Below, piece after piece: positions 11,235 to 21,810 of a stretch of DNA of 64,000 bases. The translations under genes were made by a program, and so were the position numbers. Numbering within the stretch: position 1 is the first letter of the stretch; each line of letters opens with the position of its first letter. This DNA is from Laetmonice hystrix (Eukaryota): positions 15,004,001 through 15,068,000 of the forward strand of contig OZ249439.1 in the NCBI GenBank assembly GCA_965235115.1, given 5' to 3'. Under the pieces are notes generated by a model. The model saw only the letters and a program-made list of their open reading frames with translations, made no database searches and was not told the origin of the DNA.

Positions 11235-14200
11235 CGGTCAGAAACAGCGTGCAAAACAAAACGTCTCCCCCAGCTGGGGGGAGACGTAATAAACCAGAGA
11301 AAAATCATACACAGATGATACATAAACCTAATATAAACCAGACTGTAAAACACCAGACTTACAGGGTGTTACTCGGTCGTGGTATTTATAAAGTAGAAGA
11401 ACCCCAGTCCCGTACTCTAGATCTACCGGTGGTCCCCTATAGTCTGACCGAGCCTATGTTATGACTTGAGGGTACTAATTGTCATAATGATATTTCTAAC
11501 AGGAACAGAAGATTTTACGGCATTATCTCCGTGAGAGACAGGTGAACGTTACGTTGGCCGTTGAAGATCGAACCCCACGTTTTGCCACGGTTCTCAGGGT
11601 AGGTTCACCAGCAATGCCATCCATTATCCATCACTTTCCTACAGATATTTTTTTTATAAACATATAATAAATGACAGATACAATTATAGACACTGTTTGA
11701 TTAAAGTATACACATTACAGGAGAGTATGTTGCGCGTGGTTGTGTTGTACATGAAGAGAGAGCGGTCGATGGACGTGCTCTGCCATCTGGCGAGGGAGAC
11801 CGAAACCATGCCGGGAAGGTTCGTTTGGGCGATCCTGGTGGAAGACTCGGTTAACATGCTGGAGGTCGGCTGTGCAGGCGCGGCTCTACCGCGTGACGTC
11901 GTCGTTTTCAACGTTCAAACAGCGATACCAGATTCTAAGGTACCATTAAGTTTCTTCTAGTTCACGGGTGGAAAGAATTTCAGTCTTGTTTATAGGTTAA
12001 CGTCGAGAAGCTAAGTCAGACAATTACAAGAGTTTGCAATTCGGGTAAGGATTGTCGTATAGGCTATAGACAATAAAGTCTGTTGTTTGCCACTGTCCAG
12101 GTATACCGGACGTTTACGTCAGGTGTACATGACGTCGACAACCAGGTGTTAGAGGTGACGGGACCGGACGCTGCCTATGCGCATGACGCCACCATGCTGG
12201 CGCTAGGAACACTGGGAAGGCTACCCTGGCGGCAGACAAACTCTCGAACCCAGCAAGAGTTCGCCGATCAGTTTTGGAAAGAAATGTTCAGGACCTCTCT
12301 TCACCACGGAGTAACGGTACGATATCATGTATAATGTACAATAATTCGTCACCTACAGACCAGCGTGTCGACTGTAAGCAAGAACTTTGTGTAGTGGTAA
12401 AACGGTACATGGAAAACGTTAGGTGTTATAAAGTTCATCCTTCCTATATTGTCAGAACCTACATGAGTTATTCTTGTATGTGTCAGGGCCCGTTGGTGCT
12501 TGATGACCAGATGAAAATAAGGAGGGCTATCGTCCAACTATATACATACTATGGTAGGTGCACATACGATGTTAGAGGTTGAACTACATGTATATACATA
12601 CTATGGTAGGTGCACATACGATGTTAGAGGTTGAACTATATACATACTATGGTAGGTGCACATACGATGTTAGAGGTTGAACTATATACATACTATGGTA
12701 GGTGCACATACGATGTTAGAGGTTGAACTATATACATACTATGGTAGGTGCACATACGATGTTAGAGGTTGAACTATATACATACTACGGTAGGTGCACA
12801 TACGATGTTAGAGGTTGAACTACATGTATATACATACTATGGTAGGTCCACATACGATGTTAGAGGTTGAACTACATGTATATACATACTACGGTAGGTG
12901 CACATACGATGTTAGAGGTTGGTTGAGACAATCTGGCATTTATTTCCCACCTACAAAATATCAAGCCGTATACCCATTGAACATTTGGATACTATATTCA
13001 ATAATGTTTAAATCTCTAACAGTCGCTGATCGTTTTCCCCATTCAGATGGAAAACTCGCCCTTTTCAACGCAACAGGTGAGTTCAGTAAAAGTACATCGA
13101 CTCCAAAGTTTTCTTCCCAATTCGAGGGTCCACATCCGTTATTGACAAAGTCTGAAATGAGATGCCTTCAAATGTCATTTAAATTACCGTACTTCCGGGT
13201 AGTCTAGGATGTGGTTTGTGTTTTAATACATGATTACTTTCTCCTACCTTCCTACATCCCCTAACCGGATCTCTAGGCAATCGTTCACATTGATAATTCA
13301 GAAAACAATGATGATAGGAATCTTTTTTTTTTATCAAGTCTGTAGCTATATACATTCCAACTGATTCCTGTTTGCTATGTGTCAGCCATTTTGTTACATA
13401 TATATCTGTATTCAACCTTTATAATTGGTAACCTTCACCGATGTTAACAGCCGCCGATGGGGACCAGGCGGACGAGGTGGCGGGTCGCGTGGAGCTGGAC
13501 GGGGTCCCGCTCGGCCTGCTGGCCGTCATGTGTTCACTGGCCCTGCTGGGGATCGTCTACACGTTGGCCATTATGGCCTTCAATATACTCAAACGGACTG
13601 AGAGGTAAGGACTATAACCTTAAACTGACTGAGAGGTAAGGACTGACCTTAAACCGACTGAGAGGTAAGGACTGACCTTAAACTGACTGAGAGGTAAGGA
13701 CTATAACCTTAAACTGACTGAGAGGTAAGGACTATAACCTTAAACCGACTGAGAGGTACGGACTGACCTTAAACCGACTGAGAGGTAAGGACTTACCTTA
13801 AACTGACTGGGAGGTAAGGACTTACCTTAAACTGACTACAGTGGTAAGGACTGACCTTAAACTGACTGAGAGGTACGGATTGACCTTAAACCGACTGCAG
13901 TGGTAAGGACTGAACTTAAACCGACTGAGAGGTACGGATTGACCTTAAACCGACTGCAGTGGTAAGGACTGAACTTAAACCGACTGAGAGGTACGGACTG
14001 ACCTTAAACCGACTGAGAGGTACGGACTGACCTTAAACTGACTGCAGTGGTAAGGACTGAACTTAAACCGGCTGAGAGGTACGGACTGACCTTAAACCGA
14101 CTGAGAGGTACGGACTGAACTTAAACCGACTGAGAGGTACGAACTGACCTTAAACCGACTGCAGTGGTAAGGACTGACCTTAAACTGACTGAGAGGTAAG

Positions 14201-17200
14201 GACTGACCTTAAACTAACTGAGAGGTATGGACTGAACTTAAACCGACTGAGAGGTACGGATTGACCGCTATAGTTCCATGGATTGACCTTTAACGTCCTG
14301 AAACGGAGTGAGAGGTAATGACAGACTCTATTAATATATCGGACACACCTTATCAACAACCACTCACGATATACGACACTAACGTCCGTATTTACCAACA
14401 GAATCATAAACATCAATCAATTCTGTGATCTCATTATATTGCATGCATGCACTTTTTACATAATCCCCTAACCTCACCCCACAATGAAAAAGCTATGAAA
14501 TCACAGAATCCTTTTAGTACAAGCCTAATTCCAAAGTACGTGCATTACTGTGGCAATGAATACCGCCATTACCATTAAAGATATTCTCCCGATTTTATCG
14601 CCTTTCCGGGAGACATGTGATACGTTTTTATCTTCTTAATGCAACTAGGACATAAAGTGATCAGTGGAGTGATCCTTTTTATCCTGTTTTGTTGTTAATG
14701 TCATCGATTGCAATCAATACTGTTGTTGTTTCACGCAGGATGATTAAAATGACGAGTCCGAACATGAACCTAGTCATCACCACGGGCGCCTTGCTGGGAT
14801 ATGTAGCCATAGTTACCATGGGGATCGATAGTTCGCTTGTTTCTGTGGAAACCATGGCCAAACTGCTCCAGGTAATGATGGAAACAAAAAGTTTATCAGG
14901 AAATCGTGATTCTATACGTGTAAAATAAAATAACTTTCACATGCTATTGAAGGATGTGATGAATGCTGATATGGTTTACTCCTAACTTTGTCAAGGTTCA
15001 TTGCTATGTTGCGACTAGATTTGACACATATAATAACATTGCCTGACACATATAATAGTTGACACATTGTTACTGACGACAAATAACAGTTGATTGTGTG
15101 ATTACAGGCGAGTACATTCCTCCTAGCGTTCGGATACAGTCTGGTCTTTGGCTCGTTATTTGCCAAAGCATGGAGAGTGTTTTTCATCTTCAAGAATCTC
15201 AACGCTAACGGAAAGGTACGGCGATTGTGTTGTCTGGTGATGAGTTTCAGACGCTTACAATACATATGTGTGCATGATATGTATCACATTCCCTATATAC
15301 GGTATACAAAATACTCAACCGAACCGTCCTCACTCGAGTGGTCTCTGTCTATATTCTCGAGGAATGTAATCCCAAGGCCACCTTGTCTTTTAGAATACTC
15401 GTGACGAGCACCTGTTGTGTGGGGTGATAATCCTACTGTTTGTCGACGTGGTAATCCTCCTGCCCTGGGCCACAGCCGACCCGATCACCTGCTCCAGGGT
15501 CTACCTGAGCACATCCTTCCAGGTGGGTACCTGCTCCTGTAGGCTGCTGTTCTCATGGTAACGGTAACCACTGCCATGGTAACCATCGGCAGCCGCTTTA
15601 TACAATAATCCGCACCGCCACCACCGCCACCGCCACAACCACCACCACACTTGGTATAACTCACATACCAGCGTACATATTGTATAACTCACATACCAGC
15701 GTACATATTATATAACTCACATACCAGCGTACATATTCATTCCACAAACACCTGCTCGCATTCAAACCCATCACAATCATACAATCAACCCCATCCATTT
15801 TTATATTCTCCTCACATTCAAAACTACTCAGTTGTACATTTTCATCAATATATGTGCATACATAAATATAGCCCCAGCCCACCTGCACTTGTTCATGCAT
15901 GCAATAACGATATGCCTTTCAACGCTAGGATGGGAGGGGATGGTGTCTTGCCCGAGTCGGTCCGTGATATTGGATAGTTTCAGTCCATCATTATCTCTGC
16001 CCTGAACGCCCAGTGAGGTTAACTGATCACCGTCCTTCTATTCCGTCTTATGCCACCAGGTGTCACCACCAACGGACGTGGTGTATCAATCGGACACATG
16101 CACGTCCCAGTTCCAGACGGTGTGGGTGGTGTTGATGTATGGCGTCAAGGGGTGTGTCCTAGCGGCTGGCCTTTACTTCACCTTCCAAACACGTCACGTT
16201 ACCCTGCCCACGCTGAAGGACGCCCGCGAGATATACATTATAATATATACAGCGTCCGTACTCGCCTTCCTGACTCTTCCCGTCCTCCTGACGGCACGTG
16301 TCGGAACTAGGGTCAAGTATGCAGTCGGAGCCCTGGCCATCTTCGTTACTGTCACGGCCACGCTCACACTGGCCTTTATACCAAAGGTTCGTGCCAACAC
16401 CTGCGTTTTCAACGCGTCCCCAAGGGGTCCAGATTTGCCAGACCTCAACTCTACAATTCACTCACATTGTGGCCATATCAATCAGCTACTGATAGATTAT
16501 AATGGTTGAAAATAGGGAACCACCGCTATTTAATTATGCCCGCGATAACATAATCATAAAGTTCGAAACAAGTGAGAAATATGGAAAGAAATATGAGATT
16601 TTGTCCATCTCCTTACAGATATATCTCGTTTGGAAACGCAGCGACAAGAGCTCGCCCGAATCCATCAGGTTTCGGTTTAGCGAGTCGTTGAGGCGAACAC
16701 AGCGCCACCTGGGGTCGTGCACCAGCTGCTGCTCCCTGGCGGAAGGGGAAGATAATGAAAAATATGCGCAGGAAGTGCTTGGCTCGGAAATGGACACGTT
16801 AAAAAGGACCATTAAAGAGGTAAACGACCAATTTCCCATTCAGACAGTACTATTTTAGTAACCAATTTCTAGGCCTACAGTAGGCTACGACCAATTCTGA
16901 CTCTGATTTAACATGCCCGTATCCTTGCCGCCAGGGTGGCACAGACAATGTATGAGACATTATAAGTTAACATGCCCGTATCCTTGCCGCCAGGGTGGCA
17001 CAGACAATGTATGAGACGTTATAAGTTAACATGCCCGTATCCTTGCCGCCAGGGTGGCACAGACAATGTATGAGACGTTTATTTATGTTGAATGGAGATG
17101 GAGGTATATATAGGCCTGGTTGCGTGTCTAAGACTGACACCATTATCTGCGATGGCTGACATGCCACTCGATGCCTTCATAGAAACAATAAATAGAGAGT

Positions 17201-18578
17201 ACAGGTTATACACGACTCCTCTCAGTCTGCCGATCATGTATCCCTACACGTCATATCACGACCCGGTTCTCTCATAGCACGCGCCCTCTGGCGTCGTCTG
17301 ACAGACACAAAGCCGGGTTCCGGTTCCTCCCTAGACCGAGGCCGGTATAAAACGAGATACAGGATCCTTGGTATCGAGTGAAGTCAGCCGTACAGTTCTT
17401 ACAAACTCAGCTCATGTTTACGTCGCTAACATCATTGCCGTTAACCCTTGTGTCTGTCATCATTTCCCCAGAAAGACGCCACAATACGAGAGCTGACAGA
17501 CCGGCTTTACTTCGGCACCGAGAAGAAACTCCACGAGTATATCTGTAGTCCTCGGAACCGGACAGTCCTTGGACACAGTCCTGAGGATCGACGGGCGCCA
17601 AGCTACAGCCCGGAGGACCACGTAGACCGCCGGGTGCCAAGCTACAGCCCGGAGGACCACGTAGACCGCCGGGTGCCAAGCTACAACCCGGAGGATCACG
17701 TAGACCGCCGGGTGCCAAGCTACAGCTCGGAGAACCGACGGATGTCCGGCCATGGTCCAGAGGAACACGTAGAGAGGTCCCGACGAGTGCCTGACCACAT
17801 CCCGGAGGACCACGTAGATTCCCGGGTGCCCAGTCACAACCCGGAGGACCACATGGAGAGGCCCCGCCGGTCGCGGGCCTACTCGTCCCGCCGCCGCCGG
17901 ACTCCGGCTTACCGTACCTCCAGTGAGGTCAACCAACAGAACCCTGATAGAACTGAATATCCCAGTTCCTCAGTCGACTCCTCCCCTGACACGGCCTACG
18001 ACCCCCACACTAACATGCCAGTGTACCAGCACGGGGTGAGGACTAACAGGAATCCTAACTACCCGGCAATGGCTGCCGTCACTCCGGTGGCATTGTCTGT
18101 ACATAACCTATCCCACAAACATAACCGACGACATCCTAGTCACAGACACTGGCACCCTCAACACAGTCCAGCCGAGCTGGATATCCCGTCCGTCCACACA
18201 ACCCAGCGGCCCTTCATAGAGCTCGATGTTATAGACAGTACGATAAACAGTAACGACTACATAACATCTGTGATCAATACTAAACAAAGAACACCCTCAC
18301 CTAATCATGACAGTGCCATTGACAATAACTCGCCCAGTTCTGTGGGGTCGGAGCAGGAAACTTTCCCGGACTCCACCCCCAAACGGCCCGTCCACTGTGG
18401 GGCAGGCTTCGGCCACGGCACACTGCTTGACCTTGACGCTATTGAAAACGAGGCGACAGAAAACTACACTTCCCCGGCCACTGGTTGCCAAGTCTCGGCC
18501 GGCCGATCTCCCATATCGAACGGACAAAATCAAATTCGGCCTCACTACGAGCGCCGAGTGGCGGTGTCTGAGATTTAG
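9176..18578 (+). CDS. Gene A: divergent GABA-B-family class C GPCR (degenerate Venus flytrap + 7TM + coiled coil + long tail), possibly GPR156-related; 14 exons found, 5' end missing
   Basis: Exons 9176-9334, 9468-9620, 11503-11598, 11721-11939, 12101-12316, 12487-12553, 13047-13076, 13451-13604, 14739-14871, 15108-15215, 15394-15522, 16060-16386, 16619-16819, 17472-18578 splice in frame (3099 nt). Family motifs: IKMTSPNMN, FGSLFAKAWRV, DPITC, KG..L..G.Y...TRHV, FIPK. Confidence 0.88.
9468..9620 (+). CDS. Gene A exon (VSFGRHFSDD...GWHQVALVHD...AWQ)
   Basis: ttatcag / gtatgt boundaries; aligns with gene B ISYG...GWDTVAILHQ. Confidence 0.82.
10490..11292 (+). mobile_element. Non-autonomous Helentron/HINE-like interspersed element (5' boundary approximate)
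   Basis: Ends with an (AAAG)n tract, then hairpin acgtctccccc-agctg-gggggagacgt (11261-11287) followed by aataa; internal gaggtcaaaggtca motifs twice; no ORF. Confidence 0.45.
11503..11598 (+). CDS. Gene A exon (EQKILRH...ATVLR)
   Basis: ctaacag / gtaggt boundaries, 96 nt, phase 0-0. Confidence 0.75.
11721..11939 (+). CDS. Gene A exon (ESMLRVVVLY...VLC...RFVWAIL...PDSK)
   Basis: attacag / gtacca boundaries; resembles RIII..FCE..Y.W of GABA-B VFT. Confidence 0.82.
12101..12316 (+). CDS. Gene A exon (VYRTF...AAYAHDATMLAL...HGVT)
   Basis: tgtccag / gtacga boundaries; YAxDA..LAL motif of ANF-receptor-type domains. Confidence 0.82.
12487..12553 (+). CDS. Gene A exon (GPLVLDDQMKIRRAIVQLYTYY)
   Basis: tgtcag / gtaggt boundaries; GVT|GP junction matches gene B GVS|GP. 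Confidence 0.78.
12533..12921. repeat. Minisatellite, 46/54 bp unit, about 8 copies, containing exon end + donor tatg|gtaggt
   Basis: aactatatacatactatggtaggtgcacatacgatgttagaggttg repeated; the first copy overlaps the exon ending at 12553. Confidence 0.95.
13047..13076 (+). CDS. Gene A 30-nt microexon (DGKLALFNAT); in-frame alternative acceptor at 13023
   Basis: cgttttccccattcag / gtgagt boundaries, phase 1-1, same position as a phase 1-1 exon of gene B. Confidence 0.6.
13451..13604 (+). CDS. Gene A exon, TM1 (LLAVMCSLALLGIVYTLAIMAFNILKRTER)
   Basis: ttaacag / gtaagg boundaries; hydrophobic helix ending FN...R as in GABA-B TM1. Confidence 0.88.
13595..14285. repeat. Minisatellite, 29-31 bp unit, more than 20 copies, containing exon end + donor gag|gtaagg
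   Basis: gactgagaggta(a/c)ggactgaccttaaac(c/t) repeated, starting inside the exon that ends at 13604. Confidence 0.95.
14739..14871 (+). CDS. Gene A exon, TM2 (MIKMTSPNMNLVITTGALLGY...LLQ)
   Basis: cacgcag / gtaatg boundaries; KMxSPNxN family motif. Confidence 0.9.
15108..15215 (+). CDS. Gene A exon, TM3 (ASTFLLAFGYSLVFGSLFAKAWRVFFIF)
   Basis: attacag / gtacgg boundaries; FG...KxWRV motif. Confidence 0.9.
15394..15522 (+). CDS. Gene A exon, TM4 (RDEHLL...VDVVILLPWATADPITC)
   Basis: cttttag / gtgggt boundaries; D..L....D....W...DP motif. Confidence 0.88.
15655..15738. repeat. 27-bp tandem repeat, 3 copies
   Basis: tataactcacataccagcgtacatat(t) x3. Confidence 0.85.
16060..16386 (+). CDS. 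Gene A exon, TM5-TM7 (...YGVKGCVLAAGLYFTFQTRHV...LAFIPK)
   Basis: ccaccag / gttcgt boundaries, 109 codons; class C 7TM motifs. Confidence 0.9.
16619..16819 (+). CDS. Gene A exon, proximal C-tail (IYLVWK...MDTLKRTIKE)
   Basis: cttacag / gtaaac boundaries, phase 0-0. Confidence 0.82.
16909..17080. repeat. 59-bp tandem repeat, about 3 copies
   Basis: taacatgcccgtatccttgccgccagggtggcacagacaatgtatgagac(a/g)ttataagt repeated. Confidence 0.9.
17472..18578 (+). CDS. Gene A terminal exon (KDATIRELTDRL...AVSEI*), with internal 13-aa repeats
   Basis: tttccccag acceptor; 369 codons to TAG; completes the coiled coil begun in the previous exon. Confidence 0.82.
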   Translation, partial: KDATIRELTDRLYFGTEKKLHEYICSPRNRTVLGHSPEDRRAPSYSPEDHVDRRVPSYSPEDHVDRRVPSYNPEDHVDRRVPSYSSENRRMSGHGPEEHVERSRRVPDHIPEDHVDSRVPSHNPEDHMERPRRSRAYSSRRRRTPAYRTSSEVNQQNPDRTEYPSSSVDSSPDTAYDPHTNMPVYQHGVRTNRNPNYPAMAAVTPVALSVHNLSHKHNRRHPSHRHWHPQHSPAELDIPSVHTTQRPFIELDVIDSTINSNDYITSVINTKQRTPSPNHDSAIDNNSPSSVGSEQETFPDSTPKRPVHCGAGFGHGTLLDLDAIENEATENYTSPATGCQVSAGRSPISNGQNQIRPHYERRVAVSEI

Positions 18579-20999
18579 ATGTCCGTTAACAGATAAAGGC
18601 ACCTTTATGGACGAGGTAGACGGGAGCGAAATGCCTGGGACAACGCTCTAATCGATCTCATGCAAGCTTCAGAAATGAAGCCAACTAATGCCCACAGCAA
18701 TGAAAAGCATTTTATAATGCACCCTGACTGTATGCCAAAAATGATTGCCGAAAGACGGACTCATATCGAATTACATCGATTTTTTTCCTCGGGACTCTTT
18801 GTGCCATCTTTTGAGTACCTTTTTAAGGTCGTTACATCGAATCATAGGAGTATGCGGGTTGGAGTGGGCCAGAAGAAAATAAAATACTTCTATACATCAA
18901 AGTGTCATTTTTGTACATGAAAATATACTACTGCCGATCCAACAACCATATTGTCTGGATCCTCTAAATATTTTTTATGCAGCCGTACAAAGTCAATACG
19001 ATATATAGATCTGCATCCCAATGTGCTATATTTTGATTACTAGTCCGTATGACAAATGCTATAAACTGGGCATGTTGTACAACATTTCCAGACTTTCATC
19101 ACAACTGGAATCCTTGTTGGGCGCTCGCACTTTTGTCACTAAAACATGTTATGATACTCGGCTGATCGCTTTCATTCCCCCTCTCTATTCTAAAAAGTAT
19201 GTACGATCAGTTTGGGCGATCAGTTGGACGCGTTCAGCCATACCGCTATCACACATCTTTTAGTCATCGAGAACACTTACCAATATTTCACAGTTTTGAA
19301 ACAAGTTATATGTATCATTAAAACTCTCGGGCGAGAATATAGAGAGATTTTTATCTTTGATAGATCGATAGAAGACGGAGAGGACATTATACAACTACAT
19401 GTATATATAATACCCCCAACTGAAAAAAACAGTTCCAAGTCATCAACAGAAGCCTTTCAAATTTTTATGCGGCTTTTTACAGCTGCGCAGAACAATATTT
19501 TCTTTAAAGATACTTACTGCTAATGCTATTTTAAGAAATCGTCCAAGTCAAACAAGTACGTTTTCAAATTGCACCGTCAGTTTTTATTTATCCTGTGATT
19601 ATTTTTTCCGTATTTTCTTTTATTTTCTTTTTCTGCAAATATAGACCATGGCATCCAAAGAACATGACTTGTACCACAATTTCTGCCTCCACATTGACTT
19701 TGTTCGTCGAGTTGGGCAACATCATGTAACATGGCGACTTGTGTCTCGTGAGGTTGAACCGAGCACTGTCAAAGGACAGCCTCTGGTACCAGAAACCTTG
19801 TCACGCAATTCTATCAACGTCTTGTGCGATAGATTCACAATAAAAACACTTTCAACATTTGATTCCAGAGGGTGGTCCTGCCCATCCCTTTTTAAAACAC
19901 CCAATGTCATGAACCATATTAAAAGATATCAACAATGGCACTTAGACCATGGATACATTAAAGATTGAGTGGTGTCTGTTTATCCCAAAGGAAACTGGTC
20001 CTTGCATAATCCCACTAAGGTAAAGGACATGTTTAAAGCGCCCCACAAATGTGAACCCATCTCTCTGTCCTTGACTTCACATTGTCAGTCACTGTGCACT
20101 TACCAAGCACTGTCGGCTGACATACGTACAAAAATATAGAACACCACATTTCGCATAAATAGTTGCATACTGGTAGCGTTGCAGTGATAAGAAACTCTGT
20201 GCACTTCCGAAAGTGGCTAGCGTCTAGACACCAAGACGATGGTTTACGTTCAAGCTTGTGTGCATTCTGAACCAAGTGAAATTTGAGATTTTGCGCTATC
20301 AATTTGCAGTATCCATGTCCATTTCTAAAAAATATGTACACGTCCCATCTTGGAGAGCCCTCTTCGACAGATGCTATCATAATTATCTAAATACCATACA
20401 AAGAATTTTTGTCAATAAACACCCTAATATAACACGATCACATTATTATGAAACTGAACAAGAAAAGGCGACACTATTGGATTTCGATTGATCCAGTATG
20501 TTATTAAAGTCCGTTTTGCACATTGTCACTGCCTGCAACGACTAACGTGTGGGGCATGCATTGCTTACGCAAGCATGATGCCAACGTTTAGCCTAGAAAA
20601 AGTATTCATTTACAAATAGAAGAAGTAAGCACATGATCACATTGGTGAAAACCGATTTGTACAATGCTAGCGTGAGAAATACCTGGTGACAAGGGTGAAC
20701 AGTGAGGTGGCCAACGACCGATCGAGGGACGTGTACAGGATGTTATAAGAGTGGACACGTGACGTGACGTTCCCGTGACGTACACAGTGACGTACCAGCG
20801 TCTATAGATATCAACACCTCAACACGGGAGGGTTACCTCACAGCGTGCCGCCATGTCTAGGCATGTCGGTGAGATAATGAGAGAGCACTAGAGGAGAGAG
20901 AACCTGCCACCGTCGATATGATGTGAGATGAAAGATGATTCTACGTGGAAAGAATGCTGCCTTCTGATTGGTTTCAATAAACGATATGTTCCTTTTTTG

Positions 21000-21810
21000 T
21001 CACACATAACTAACTTCAATCTCAACCTCTCCTAAAGACTTCAGTTCTTTTTGTATTCGCGCTAGTTCTCTCTGCAGAACTTGGATTTTTCGCCTTCGTT
21101 CCGATTCCGGTAACGTCCTTCTGTGAGACGCTAGCGGGGAGACGACCTGCTGCGTCCCTCCACTGCCTCTCTTTGGTAACGTCAATTTATCACCCATCAC
21201 CACACGATGACCTTTAACGTTACGCGGATGTTTTCCCATAAAGATGCTAGGGGGCGCATTCGTCGAATGCGCCTGCGCAGTACTTACAGGAAGAGGGGGC
21301 GCGCACGCCCCCTCGAGAGACATGTCGTGCATTTCGTATTTCTCCGAGTCCTTTTTATGCTGTTGCCCCCGTATTCCTGGCTTATTTATCAGTATGGTCG
21401 CAGAATCAATAGAAGACCCCTTGGTCGCCCCTTCCTCCTCGGCCTCCCCGACCAGTAACGACTCTTTCTCCTCCATATCACCGTCCGTGCTTGACTGCCG
21501 CCGCAGTGAGGTGTACTTGGCGCCCCCTTCCGGAGCTGCTTTGGTACCCGGCGATATATAAGCGTCGGACTCGGGGCTGGAGGGACTCTGGTCCCCCCGT
21601 AACCGACCAGCCTCCAGTTCCAGCCGATCCCCAGACCGCGGGTTCTCCTCCTCCGCTGTCATAAAGTTAGAATTTTTGAAAGACATTGTATGGAAGCCAG
21701 AGTCCTGCTTCTCGAGTTTGCGTTTCTCGTCTTCAAGGCAGGAGAGGTTTATTTCCGGTAAATCGACGCAGACGTCGGCGGCGTCTGTGATGAATGTGGA
21801 CGAGTCGCAC
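21000..21810 (-). CDS. GABA-B-R3: Gene B terminal exon (CDSSTF...IQVLQRELARIQKELKSLGEVEIEVSYV*)
   Basis: Acceptor ccttttcgttgctag, phase 2 matches the previous donor; 270 codons to TGA. Confidence 0.78.
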
